Under the pieces are notes generated by a model. It searched no databases. It was not told the DNA's origin and saw only the letters and a program-made list of their open reading frames with translations. Position numbers and translations under genes: made by a program. Source: Eledone cirrhosa (Eukaryota). Taken from it: a stretch of DNA of 64,000 nt. Location of the stretch: positions 3,534,001 to 3,598,000 of the forward strand of contig OZ024763.1 of NCBI GenBank assembly GCA_964016885.1, in the 5' to 3' direction. How positions within the stretch are numbered: the stretch's first letter is position 1; each line of letters begins with the position of its first letter. Below are positions 27,614-40,781 of the stretch, one piece after another.

Positions 27614-28302
27614 CATACAAATATATATACATATATATAACAGTTAGTTCACCATACCGAGAACAAATGTTTCACCTTAGTTGGATCCTCAGCTCAGTGT
27701 GTACTCGGAAAAGTATAAACAACGGTACAGATGGTTATGTACAGAAACATCCGTTCCTCCTGGGGAAGGTAAACCCCTGATCAATTGACGTAAGGAATGC
27801 CACTGTGGATGTCCGGAATAAATTATTCAAGTTATTCAGAATATTATAGATTGCATATCATCATCATCATCATCATCATCAACGTTTAACGTCCGTGTTC
27901 CACGCTTGCATGGGTTTGGACGGGGGTATCCCCACTTGAGGCAAGAGTGATTGTCTTGCTCGCATAGGACTGACTGGCATATATATATATATATATATAT
28001 ATTTATGTATCTACATACATATATATATATATATTTATGTATATATGTAAACTCTTCTATTTCTAAATATTGTAATCTCTGTAATACTGAAAGTCTTCAA
28101 ATTATTAGTAATACAAAATCTATTATTAATAAAAGAACAGAGATACTTAGCACCTGATTACACAAGATTTCTAGATCATTTCACAGAATATATAGTTAAA
28201 TTTATATATTTGTATTATTTGTATGATTGATCTAATAGATATATAAATATAATTATGGGTTTTCTTGGAGATATACATATATATATATATATATATATTG
28301 TA

Positions 28303-29330
28303 ACAACATTCCATTCTATGCCACAAATGCAAACTATGGGTACTTAAAAGATGTAGTGGGATCACTGGTAAGCTATCTAAGAACGCTGATTTTATATGTG
28401 GCCAATGCTAAGGTGCAGTAGCAAGGACCCACTGGATGCTATGTCCTTCAACTGACCAGTTGGTTTTATGAAAATAGTAGACACTTTCCGTTACCTGGGT
28501 GACAAAATCAGCTGTGGTGGAGGGTGCTCTAAAAGTGTATACGAACGTGGCGATATTACATGGTAGTAAGACCTGGGCGTTAAGTGCTGAAGACTTGCAT
28601 AGATTAGAAAGAAATGAAACTTGCATGAAAGAAATGAAACTTGCAAGAAATGAAACTTGCAAGAAATGAAACTTGCATGCTCCGATGTGTAATAGTAATG
28701 TGCACGAATGAAGAAGCATAAACAAATTGAGTGAGAGAGACTAAGCATAAAAGATATCAAATGTTGTGTTCTGGAGAGGAGATTGCATTGGTATGGACAT
28801 GTGATGTGTATAAAAGACAAGAGCTGTATAAAAAAGTGCAGGGCAATGAAAATTGGTGGTAGCTACGGAGTGGGTAGACCAAGAAAAACCTGGGACGAGC
28901 TGATAAAAACTGACCTTGCTCACTTATACCTCTAAAAGACAATGACACTGGATCGAGATCTGTGGCACCATGCAATTGTACAGAAGACCTGTCTTCCCTT
29001 GCATACAAGCCTAGAGTCATTAGGCACCTCTTAACCCAATATACACCCCACCCTAGCCCCATCCTCCCATATCCGTCCACTGTGTCGGTGACACAACAAA
29101 AAGCACCCAGTGCACGCTGTAAAATAGTTGTGTACGAAATACGGTAAAAAAGCTCCCAGTCCACACTGTAAATGTGGTTGGTGTTAGGAAGGGTATACAG
29201 CCGTAGAAAACCTGCCAGAGACACTTCCGTGTGAGCGAGACACAGTCTCCTGACCAATCCTGCATCGAGTGGAACAAAACCAACTAACCACTGCTAGAGT
29301 GGAAGATGGACATTAAACGATGATGATGAA
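28303..29330 (+). mobile_element. Degenerate copy of the second RTE-like family
   Basis: Nucleotide similarity to 31255..32360. Confidence 0.7.
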
Positions 29331-29407
<77 letters not shown>

Positions 29408-29519
29408 GAAGGAAGTGTGGTAAGGAACCAGGTGGACCATAATGCACCAGAGTATTCGATACTTTGGGTAGTAAAGTGAGTAATATATACATATATGTAT
29501 ATTTGTATATACATCTGTG

Positions 29520-29586
<67 letters not shown>

Positions 29587-29601
29587 GTATATATATATAT
29601 G

Positions 29602-29648
<47 letters not shown>

Positions 29649-29783
29649 GTATATATATATATGTATATATATATATATGTATATATATATATGTATATAT
29701 ATATATGTATATTTATATATGTATATATATGTATATATATATGTATATATACATATGTACATATATGTATATATATGTATGTA

Positions 29784-29854
<71 letters not shown>

Positions 29855-30170
29855 GTACATATGTACATATATGTATATATATGTATCTATATATATATAT
29901 ATACACATATATATATATATATGTATATATGTATATATATATGTGTGTGTGTATGTATATATGTATATATATATATGTGTATGTATATATATATATATAT
30001 ATATATACATATATATACATACACACACATATATATATATATATATATAAATATATATGTGTATGTATATATATATATATGTACATATGTATATATATAT
30101 ATGTGTGTATATAAATATATATATGTGTGTGTATGTATATATATATATATATGTGTGTGTATGTTTATAC

Positions 30171-30206
<36 letters not shown>

Positions 30207-30304
30207 GTGTGTGTATATATACAAACACACACTAAGCTTAACTTAGTTCTGTCCAACACAGTTCAGCTCGGGGATTCAGGATCAGATTGGATGAACACAA
30301 CTGT

Positions 30305-30510
30305 CTAGTTCAGCTTAGCTCAGCTTATCTCAGCTCAGCTTAGCTTAGCTTAGCTCAGCTTAGCTTAGTTCACCTTAGCTTAGCTCAGCTTAGCTTAGTT
30401 CACCTTAGCTTAGCTCAGCTTAGCTTAGCTCAGCTTAGCTTAGCTCAGCTTAGCTTATCTCAACTTATCTCAACTTAGCTCAGCTCAGCTTAGCTCAGCT
30501 TAGCTTAGCT
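30305..30510. repeat. (GCTTA/GCTCA)n pentamer microsatellite
   Basis: Pentanucleotide run. Confidence 0.9.
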
Positions 30511-30848
30511 CCCTCCAATATTGACCAAGGGAGAGGCAACAGCTGATACGACTTGGCCCCATTGTTGTTGCACCCCTTTATATTTTCCAGCTCAAAATCC
30601 AGAGGGGATTATGAGCATTGTGAAAGTAAAGTGTCTTGCACAAGGATACAACACACTGTTTGTTCCAGGAATCAAACTCACAACCTCAGTAATGAGCCTA
30701 CTACCCTTCCAACTGAGATTTAAGGGATTGTTATCACCATTTCTTAGGACTGTGAACCCTGGTTAACCTCCCCTGTCCCCTACACACTTAGACACACACA
30801 CACCTTCTCTTACACACATACATGTTGATGATGATTGTGTCTATATAT

Positions 30849-30896
<48 letters not shown>

Positions 30897-30966
30897 TAGT
30901 TTTAATATCGATGAGATTCTACAGGACTAGAACTGTTTCATTCTTTAGAAATCATCAGGAATCTCT

Positions 30967-31015
30967 GATTCCTGATGATTTCTAAAGAATGAAACAGTTC
31001 TAGTCCTGTAGAATC
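30967..31015 (+). ncRNA. Type I hammerhead ribozyme motif (mirror copy 30915..30963 on minus)
   Basis: gattc-CTGATGA-tttctaaagaat-GAAA-cag..ctg-TA-gaatc. Confidence 0.7.
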
Positions 31016-31098
31016 TCATTTATATTAACACTTTTATACTCTGCAATGTATTGAGTACCTTACTTACTGTGGTTACCTCCGACTCAACCCGGAATAAC

Positions 31099-31147
<49 letters not shown>

Positions 31148-31164
31148 CACATATATATATATAT

Positions 31165-32370
31165 TAAGGTTCTAGTATTTAGAAAGGAAAATATGGCACA
31201 GTTGCCCTCTGGGAGATGGTCATGCTCAGTATGTAGGAAAGGAGTAGGTAGAAATTCCATTCTATGTCCCAAATGCAAATTATGGGTACATTAAAGATGT
31301 AGTGGGATCACAGGCAAACTATCAAAGAACGGAGATTGTATATGTGGCCAATGCTCAGGTGCAATAAGTAGCAAGTGCCCACAGGACACTAGCTCCTTCT
31401 ATTGCCCAGATGGTTCTATAGAAATAGTGGACACTTTCCGTTACCTGGGTGACAAAATCAGCCGTGGTGGAGGGTGCTTTGAAAGTACAGTCGCCAGAGT
31501 TAGGACGGGATGGAAAAAGTTCAGAGAGCTTATACCACTGTTGGCCACAAAAGGTTTCTCTCTGAAAATGAAAGGCAGATTGTATGATGCTTGTATACGA
31601 ACAGCAATGTTATATGGCAGTGAGACATGGGCATTGTGTGCAGAGGACCTGCGCAGACTGGAAAGGAATGAAACATGCATGCACCATTGGATGTGTAATA
31701 GTAATATACACGAACAGCAAAACATAAATGAACTAAGTGAGAAATTAGGAATAACAGGGATCAGATGCTCTTTAGTTGAGAGAAGATTACGTTGGTATGG
31801 TCACATGATGCGCATGAAAGACGACAGCTGTATAAAAAAGTGGTGGCCAATCAAAATTGATGGAAGTTACAGAGTAGGTAGACCCAGAAAAACCTGGGAC
31901 GACATGATAAATTCCAACCTTGCACACTTGCACCTCTCTAAAACAATGTCACTGGATCGAGATCCCTGGCGCCTACAGAAGACCTGCCTTCCCTACGTGC
32001 AAAGTTAACCTACAGTCAAGTAGGCCCCTCCAAACCAAACATACACCCCAACCCACTCTGCCTACTCCATCCTCCCACTCTCGCCATCACCACCCTTTCT
32101 CTCTAAAGTTATGTCGGTACCACAACATCCAGTCCAAACTAATGAGGTCATGTAGGTGTCACGACAAAAGAAAACAGTCCACGTTGTAATATGGCCGTGT
32201 AGGTTACACAGTAAAAACCTCCCAGTCCACACTGTAAATGTGGTTGGTGTTAGGAAGGGCATCCAGCCGTAGAAAACCTGCCAGATAGTCCTATACGAGC
32301 AAGACACGGTCACCCGACCAATCTTATCTCAAGTGGGACAATTCCCACGTTAAACGATGATGATGATATA
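31165..32370 (+). mobile_element. Second RTE-like LINE family, 3' fragment with Cys-rich insert
   Basis: FRYLGD...WKKFREL...MLYGSETW...RRLRWYGH...GRPRKTW; CSVC...CPKC..WVH upstream. Confidence 0.8.
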
Positions 32371-32429
32371 TATATATGTGTGTATGTGTGTGTGTATATC
32401 ATCATTGTTTAACATCTATCTTCCACGTT

Positions 32430-32433
32430 AGTG

Positions 32434-32476
<43 letters not shown>

Positions 32477-33295
32477 CAGTGGTAGTAGTAATAGTAGTAC
32501 TAGTAATACTAGTAGTAGTAGTAATAACAGTAGTAGCAGTAGCAATAGTAGTAGTAGTAGTAACAGTAGTAGCAGTTGTAGTAGTAGTAGTAGTAGTAGT
32601 GGTAGTGGTAGTGGTAGTAGTAGTAGTAGTAGTAATAGTAGTAGTAGCAGTAGTAGTAACAGTAGTAGTAGTAGTATTAACAGTGGTAGTAGTAGTAACA
32701 GTGGTAGTAGTAGTAGCAGTAGTAGTAGTAGTAGCAGTAGTAGTAGCAGTAGTAGTAGCAGTAGTAGTAGTATTAACAGTAGTAGCAGTAGTAGTAGTAG
32801 TAGCAGTAGTAGTAGCAGTAGTAGCAGTAGTAGCAGTAGTAGCAGTAGTAGTAGTAGTAGCAGTAGTAGTAGCAGTAGTAGTAGTAGTAACAGTAGTAGC
32901 AGTAGTAGTAGTAGTAGCAGTAGTAGTAGCAGTAGTAGCAGTAGTAACAGTAGTAGCAGTAGTAGCAGTAGTAGCAGTAGTAGTAGTAGTAGCAGTAGTA
33001 GTAGCAGTAGTAGCAGTAGTAACAGTAGTAGCAGTAGTAGCAGTAGTAACAGTAGTAGTAGTAGTAGCAGTAGTAGCAGTAGTAGCAGTAGTAGTAGTAG
33101 TAGTAACAGTAGTAGCAGTAGTAGCAGTAGTAGCAGTAGTAGTAGTAGTAGCAGTAGTAGTAGCAGTAGTAGCAGTAGTAACAGTAGTAACAGTAGTAGC
33201 AGTAGTAGCAGTAGTAACAGTAGTAGTAGTAGTAGCAGTAGTAGCAGTAGTAGCAGTAGTAGTAGTAGTAGCAGTAGTAGCAGTAGTAGCAATAG
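32430..33295. repeat. (AGT/AGC)n microsatellite
   Basis: Trinucleotide run. Confidence 0.95.
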
Positions 33296-33311
33296 TACTA
33301 TTAGTATTTAC

Positions 33312-33389
33312 CTGAGGTTCTGATCCACTATGATATCCACCAGGTAAAGACGATGCCATGCGAATTTTCTCATTTTCCAGATGAATTGT
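33312..33389 (-). CDS. FHAD1: FHAD1-like exon TIHLENEKIRM...GSEPQ (78 nt, 0/0)
   Basis: ttccag acceptor, CAG|gtaaat donor. Confidence 0.7.
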
Positions 33390-33434
33390 CTGGAAATATA
33401 AACAACAGCTTTGAGTACTACGTCACCTATACCT

Positions 33435-33482
<48 letters not shown>

Positions 33483-33981
33483 TATTGAAGTTTCAGTTGA
33501 AAATTGAAAAAGTCATAGGAGTGAAGAGTGCTCTATGTAAGTTACAGAGCTAAATTTAATGTATAATAAACAATACAATATAATTACCTCATTACCAGAG
33601 GTTTCCCGAATAAGACGAATACGAAAAACGTCCTCATTCGTTCATCGGAGAAGGCAATTTAAAACATAGTGAAATATTATTTAACGGGCAAAAAAAATAT
33701 AAAGCAAGAGATATATAAAAATATATATATTCATTAGTTAAGCAAAACAAGACCACAAATTTCACAAGGAAGACATTATTAAAAGATTGTCAACATATTT
33801 TAGTTTGATGTAAGGAATGTAGAGAATAATAATAATAATAATATTAATAATATTAATAATTGTTTCTACTTTAGGCACAAGGCCAGCAATTACCCAGTGC
33901 ATTACTGGTACTTTATTTTATCGACCCCGTAAAGATGAAAGGCAAAGTCAACCTCGGCGGGATTTGAACTCAAATCGTAAG

Positions 33982-34027
<46 letters not shown>

Positions 34028-34326
34028 TATATATATATATATGCAGAGGTTATATTTAATTTGTTGGGATTCAACAAGCTTAAACATTTTTATAACTGAT
34101 ATATACACAATATATTAATAAATGGAAACTATATTTATAAAATCATATTTATTTTATTATACATATTTCCAGGAAGCTCCAACCGTTAAGGTTGTCTTTT
34201 TTTCCTGGTATGTCAATATTTATTTATAAAACAAATCTGTTGAAGGAACAGAATAGCGGTCGCCCTCGGGCCCTCGATTTTCAGCCCCATGGATTTTATC
34301 TATTACATTCACGTATTATATTTTGA

Positions 34327-34384
34327 ATACCTGATGATATCACCGGATTCATACGGAACCCGGTCATTGAAATGATCATAGTAT
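34327..34384 (+). ncRNA. Minimal hammerhead motif with palindromic stem III
   Basis: atac-CTGATGA-(ACCGG..CCGGT stem II)-GAAA-TGATCA-TA-gtat, followed by AATAAA. Confidence 0.65.
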
Positions 34385-34572
34385 AATAAACCTTTCAAGG
34401 ATTTACACAGCCTCCTGTCATTTCATTATAATATTTAACTCCGTAATAGCACCACCAACTACAAAAACAAAGACGGTTGAACTGCCTTACGTTGAGTACT
34501 CTCTATATTATTGCATTACGATTGACCATACAGAATAGACCAGCTCTACACAGTGGTAAACCTCAAACCTGA

Positions 34573-34603
<31 letters not shown>

Positions 34604-35074
34604 AATATGTATATATATATATATATATACATACATATGTATATATATATATAATATATATATATATACAAATATATTATATATATATGTCACACATATA
34701 CATACACAGATATATATAATAATACACACACACACATATATATACAAATATATAATGACGGAAGTGTGGTAAGGAACCAGGTGGACCATAATGCACCAGA
34801 GTACTCAATACTTAGGGTAGTAGAGTGGGTAATAGGAAAATATTCAAGACCCCGACGGCAGAGCTCGAGCCGTTTCGATGGCTATTTCTGGACTAGTCCA
34901 GAAATAGCCATCGAAACGGCTTGAGTTCTGCCATTGGGGTCTTGAACATTTTCCTATACAAATATATATATATATATACATATGTTTTATATATATATAT
35001 ATATATATTTTAATATAGATGAGATTCTACCGGACTAGAACTGTTTCATTCTTTAGAAATCATCAGGAATCTCA

Positions 35075-35123
35075 GATTCCTGATGATTTCTAAAGAATGA
35101 AACAGTTCTAGTCCTGTAGAATC
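35075..35123 (+). ncRNA. Hammerhead motif, second locus of the same family (mirrored on minus 35023..35071)
   Basis: Same core and stems as 30967..31015. Confidence 0.7.
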
Positions 35124-35209
35124 TCATCTATATTAAAACTTTTATACTCTGCTATGTATTGAGTACCTTACTTACTGTGGTTACCTCCAACCCAACCCGG
35201 AATAACGTA

Positions 35210-35246
<37 letters not shown>

Positions 35247-35247
35247 G

Positions 35248-35280
<33 letters not shown>

Positions 35281-35366
35281 GTATGTGTGTGTGTATATCA
35301 GTAAGTATGTATGTGGAATGAGAGAAAGACCAAGTCTAAGATACAGATGAGGTTATTTGCACAGAC

Positions 35367-35480
35367 CTTCTTTTGTTTATAGGCATTGTTTAACCTTTTC
35401 TCGTGTTGAAGTTCCAGCTTGGTCCTGTGCAGTGTATGTCGAAGTAAATTTGCTTCTTCTGTCTTCAGCAACATGTTTTT
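35367..35480 (-). CDS. FHAD1: FHAD1-like exon KNMLLKTEEANLL...YKQKK (114 nt, 0/0)
   Basis: cttcag acceptor, AAG|gtctgt donor; EKRLN motif. Confidence 0.8.
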
Positions 35481-35534
35481 CTGAAGTGGGAAATAGAATA
35501 ACTTCAGCTTCTTTCATTACCATATATGTTGCTG

Positions 35535-36275
35535 CTTGGAACATAACTTAACGAAGGTTCTTACATAAATTATCATGGAAGATCTTTAGATAAATATAAA
35601 CACTTTTAGATAAATATTAACCCTTTAAATGGTGTTTGGAACATAACTTAACAAACGTTCTTACATAAATTATCATGGAAGATCTTTAGATAAATATAAA
35701 CACTTTAGATAAATATTAACCCTTTAAATGGTGTTTGGAACATAACTTAACAAAGGTTCTTACATAAATTATCATGGAAGATCTTTAGATAAATATAAAC
35801 ACTTTAGATAAATATTAACCCTTTAAATGGTGTTTGGAACATAACTTAACAAACGTTCTTACATAAATTATCATGGAAGATCTTTAGATAAATATAAATA
35901 CTTTTAGATAAATATTAACCCTTTAAATGGTGTTTGGAACATAACTTAACAAACGTTCTTACATAAATTATCATGGAAGATCTTTAGATAAATATAAACA
36001 CTTTAGATAAATATTAACCCTTTAAATGGTGTTTGGAACATAACTTAACAAACGTTCTTACATAAATTATCATGGAAGATCTTTAGATAAATATAAACAC
36101 TTTAGATAAATATTAACCCTTTAAATGGTGTTTGGAACATAACTTAACAAAGGTTCTTACATAAATTATCATGGAAGATCTTTAGATAAATATAAACACT
36201 TTAGATAAATATTAACCCTTTAAATGGTGTTTGGAATATAACTTAACAAAGGTTTTTACATAAAATAATAATGGA
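35535..36275. repeat. 99-100-bp minisatellite, ~7 copies
   Basis: GGAACATAACTTAACAAA...CCTTTAAATGGTGTTT. Confidence 0.95.
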
Positions 36276-36320
36276 ATGTTTAACAGTGTCAGCCATATTA
36301 ACTATCAAACAACAACTTAC

Positions 36321-36372
36321 TGTCAAATTATCAGTTTCCAAAAGCTTTTGTTTAGCAGTTTGCTCAGCTTTT
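36321..36372 (-). CDS. FHAD1: FHAD1-like exon KAEQTAKQKLLETDNLT (52 nt, 2/0)
   Basis: Polypyrimidine tract plus caacag acceptor, ACA|gtaagt donor. Confidence 0.8.
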
Positions 36373-36402
36373 CTGTTGAATAAGAGAAAGAAGAAAAAAC
36401 AT

Positions 36403-36442
<40 letters not shown>

Positions 36443-36799
36443 TAAAAGAATAGAGGTGTAACACACAAGTTATTATATATTGGTAAACGGAATAGAAAAT
36501 GCTGACAAATTGTTCACAGTTGAAAAATGGTTTAATTAGGAATAAAAGAGTATTAGTGATTGTATGGGTTAGTATTCAGTTGTGGTTTTAAGTTTTTAAG
36601 TTTTTACCGGTTGCGCATTTCTAAATGCTTTTCAAAAATAATTTTGAGATAGAGTGTCCGTGCTGTTTGCTCTGATCTGATTAGTTTTGGGAATTCTACC
36701 TGTTTTTATGTTAAAAAAGTGGCTCCAGCGTTATTTTTGTGTTGCAAAAATGCTTGTGGTCAAAACAATTTTGATTGGTCGGTAGAGGTCATGTGAATT

Positions 36800-37115
36800 T
36801 ATGCCAGTTCCTTTTCTGCATATCGAACATGGCCATTTCCCTGACGGAATCAGAGTTTTGTCCTCTTTCCTACTCATCAACACTTTTGTCTTAGTTAGGT
36901 TCACTCTCAGTCCTCTTGCTTCCAACTGCTGTTTCCATAGCCAGAATTTATTCTCTAGCTCCTCTACTGATTCTGCTATAAGAACCAGATCGTCAGCATA
37001 GAGAAGTTCCCATGGACAGCCAGTCTTAAACTCCTTTGTTATGGCTTGGAGGACTATAATGAACAAGAGCGGGCTGAGGACCGAACCATGATGTACTCCT
37101 ACTTGTATCTGGGAG
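36800..37115 (-). mobile_element. RT fragment of the second RTE-like family
   Basis: ELLYADDLVLIAES...GLRVNLTKTK...WPCSICRKG. Confidence 0.8.
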
Positions 37116-37648
37116 GAATTCCAGATACAAGTAGGAGTACAATTTCCCTCCTATATCTATATAATAATAAAGAATGCATGGTTACTCTTTCATTACGTTT
37201 ATTGGTTGGTGACGCACATTTCGCTACTGATCAGCTCATGGTTAGATCTGTATCAGACTAGCATGTCCCTGGAGTCAAAAACTCGCTGGACCTCTGAAGA
37301 AACCTACAGTAACTCCGCGTTACACTCCCTAATGAGGTCGTGTAGGTGTCACGACATAAAACACCCAGTCCACACTGTAATGTGGCCATGTAGGTAGCAT
37401 GGTAAAAAGCTCCCAGTCCACACTGTAAATGTGGTTGGTGTTAGGAAGGGCATCCAGCCATAGAAAACCTGCCAGATACAGTTCTATACGAGTGAGACAT
37501 GGTCACCCGACCAATCTTGTCTCAAGTGGGACAATTCCCATCTAACCCATGCTAGTGTGGAAGATAGACGTTAAACGATGATGATGATGATATATATGTT
37601 CACCAAATGCTTTTACAACAATAACACCAACAAAAGCATCATTTTTAC

Positions 37649-37869
37649 CGAAGTTTGCTCAAGTCTCCCTCATAGTGCTGTAACAATTCCTGTTTCCTCT
37701 TCAAGTGTTGTCGGAAGCTACTGATTTTATCAAGTATTTGTTGGCCAATTTCCCTCCTCTTTCGAATCACTTGGGTCCTCTCTATGGTGGAGATGTTGGC
37801 AACAGACTTCATCCCGAGATTGCCCTTTATTTCCAAAGAATCCAGCAGACTTTTCACCACATAAAAAAA
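37649..37869 (-). CDS. FHAD1: FHAD1-like exon FFYVVKSLLDSL...DLSKL (221 nt, 0/2)
   Basis: tgccag acceptor, CG|gtaaaa donor. Confidence 0.85.
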
Positions 37870-38561
37870 CTGGCAAAAGAGAAGATAGAATATAGATATA
37901 GACAGATGCAATGACAACACCTACATAAACACACACTAGTGACCAAAGATATGTAATTATGGTCCCGTCACTCCTGACAGAATTGTAGGGATCTTCTGAA
38001 ACTCAGTCATTAATCGCTGCTTTTCACCGTCATTAACGGTGAATGCAGCGATTCTTTGCTTAGACTTTAATCTGTTATTTTAATAAATATTTGCTCTATG
38101 GTTTTATATATTTATATATATATATATTATCCTTATCAACATAGAGTTATCCTTTGCAACATAGAGTTACAGCCCTTTATGATCTGAGTTCAAATCCCAC
38201 CGAGGTTAACTTTGCCTTTCATCCTTACGGGGTCGATAAAATAAAGTAGCAGTAATACACTGGGTAATTGCTGGCCTTGTGCCAATAGTAGAAACAGTTA
38301 TATGTGACTAGTACATGGCTAATATGCAGATACTGCCTTTATGCATACTGTGTGTGCACTTTCAGCATAATATGGGTTGAGTCCAAGCCTCAAGAACGTT
38401 GTCTCATATATTATGCACCATGTGCACAGTTGCGTGTGTGTGTGTGTGGATGTGTGGGTATTCAACAACAACAACAACAACAACAACAACAGCAGCAGCA
38501 ACAACAACAAATATATAATATACAATTTGACAATCAATAAATAAAATGAAGAGTGACTCAC

Positions 38562-38764
38562 TGACTCCTCGCTGGCCTCGAGAGCTGCAACCGTATCTCT
38601 GTGATTGCTCCTCTCTCTATCCATTGGGCAGGGCTCTGGTATAAAATGCTGAGAGGGAGATAAACTGATGTTGTTGTTGTTTCTGTTGCTGGTCACATCC
38701 TCAGACAATCGACCATATTGGCTCTCATCAGGGATCAACAGAACTTCTTCTGTTTCATAGGAAG
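38562..38764 (-). CDS. FHAD1: FHAD1-like exon SYETEEVLL...ALEASEES (203 nt, 1/0)
   Basis: atttag acceptor, TCA|gtgagt donor. Confidence 0.8.
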
Positions 38765-39839
38765 CTAAATTAAATACACAAATGTGGTGGAAGTCAGTCG
38801 TTTAGACCAAGTGATGCCCACATACATACATGTATATTTAATTTAGCTTCCTACGAGCGTGCATGTTGGAAAATGTCTAGGGCAAAGTATATGATATATA
38901 TATATGTGTGTGCATAAATGAGAGTGTGCTTAGTGGGATGTATGTGTGTGCGTGAATGTAGCGAAAGGTATGTGCGAATATGTACATAATAAAAAGGGAA
39001 AAATATGTGTGTAATATATGTATATAGGAAGACGATCGACTTTCGTCAAATCGGACCGAGGGAACAATGTTTCCGTTGGTCTTTCCAATTGCTAATACTA
39101 TCTATCGGTCGCAACTCCAGGTAGAAGGAGCAACGTGAAATAAAGTGTCTTGCTCAAGGACATAACGCATCACCTGGTCCAGGAATCGAACTCACAACCT
39201 TACGATTCCGAATCCAATTCCCTAACCACTCAGCCACACGCCTTCGCATATGTATATGTGGGTGTGAATTGAAGTGGGTTTGCCTAATGAGGACATAGAT
39301 TTAATTAGAAAGAAAGAATGAAATGGGCCACCGGGATGTTGGAATACAGGCTTTTAAATTAACCATTCTGGTGCACTTCTTTCCATTCGATTATTGATCC
39401 GAGGTTTTAATTGCTCAAACTTTAAACAGAAAACATAACAAAGTCAGAGGTCAGAGATCAGATTTATAGAGTCAGAGGTCAGATTTAAGGAGTCAGAGGT
39501 CAGATTTAAGGAGTCAGATGTCAGATTTAAGAAGCCAGAGGTCAGGTTTAAGGAGTCAGAGGTCAGATTTAAGGAGTCAGAGGTCAGATTTTAAGCACAT
39601 GGTCAAACATTAGACTTTAAACACACATGAAAGTTAGAGGTCAGAGTTTAAACTAGAGGTAAAAAATCAGAGGTCAGACATTAAACACTTTAAACACAGA
39701 AGTCAGAGGTCAAATATCAGACATTAAACACTTATGAAGTTTAGAGGTCAAAATTCAAACGCTTAGAGGTCAGATGTCAGATTTGAACACTTATGGAGGT
39801 CAGATGTTTGAGGTGAAAGATGAGACTTCAAAGACTTAC

Positions 39840-39921
39840 AGAGGTCAGATGTTTTCCAATCAAATCCAAGGTCACTGGAAGACATTTTCGGGAAACAATC
39901 ATCATCCGTTTCGGAGATTTG
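39840..39921 (-). CDS. FHAD1: FHAD1-like exon QISETDDDCFPKMSSSDLG...TSDL (82 nt, 0/1)
   Basis: ttgaag acceptor, T|gtaagt donor; SDLG motif. Confidence 0.65.
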
Positions 39922-39969
39922 CTTCAAAGAATCAAAAACCACATGTATGTATATAGCGAGGTATATAAC

Positions 39970-40030
<61 letters not shown>

Positions 40031-40334
40031 TATGCACACACCACATATACATCCTCACACACTATGTATATATATATATATATGTATGTATATGTGTGTG
40101 TGTGTAAGTGTATGACAGGTATTTATTATATATATATACAGTATATATATATATATATATAAATATACAATATATATATATATACAATATATATACTATA
40201 TATATATATATACAATATATATATACAATATATATATATACAATATATATACAATATATATACTATATATATATATAATATATATATATATATATACAAT
40301 ATATATACAATATATATACTATATATATATATAT

Positions 40335-40374
<40 letters not shown>

Positions 40375-40400
40375 TACAATATATATACAATATATATATA

Positions 40401-40469
<69 letters not shown>

Positions 40470-40603
40470 ATATATATTGTATATATGTATATATATACAA
40501 TATATATACATATATATATACATATATATACATATACAATATATATACATATATATACATATATATATACAATATATATATATATACAATATATATACAA
40601 TAT

Positions 40604-40647
<44 letters not shown>

Positions 40648-40781
40648 TACAATATATATATATATACAATATATATACAATATATATACTATATATATAT
40701 ATATACAATATATATACAATATATATATATACAATATATATACAATATATATACAATATATATACAATATATATACAACAT

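Noticed and set aside
28040-28153. Possible exon after a cag acceptor (minus)
   Set aside because: No convincing donor or recognisable peptide
30893-31030. Short palindromes as sequencing fold-back artefacts
   Set aside because: The same hairpin recurs at a separate locus (35007) with independent substitutions
32376-33323. Poly-Ser/Thr/Leu/Val ORFs resembling a mucin
   Set aside because: Intronic (AGT)n microsatellite that begins just after a good donor at 33311
39363-39419. Possible extra exon FEQLKPRINNRMERSAPE (minus)
   Set aside because: Phases (0/2) do not fit the flanking exons, which already splice in frame; left unannotated without RNA evidence
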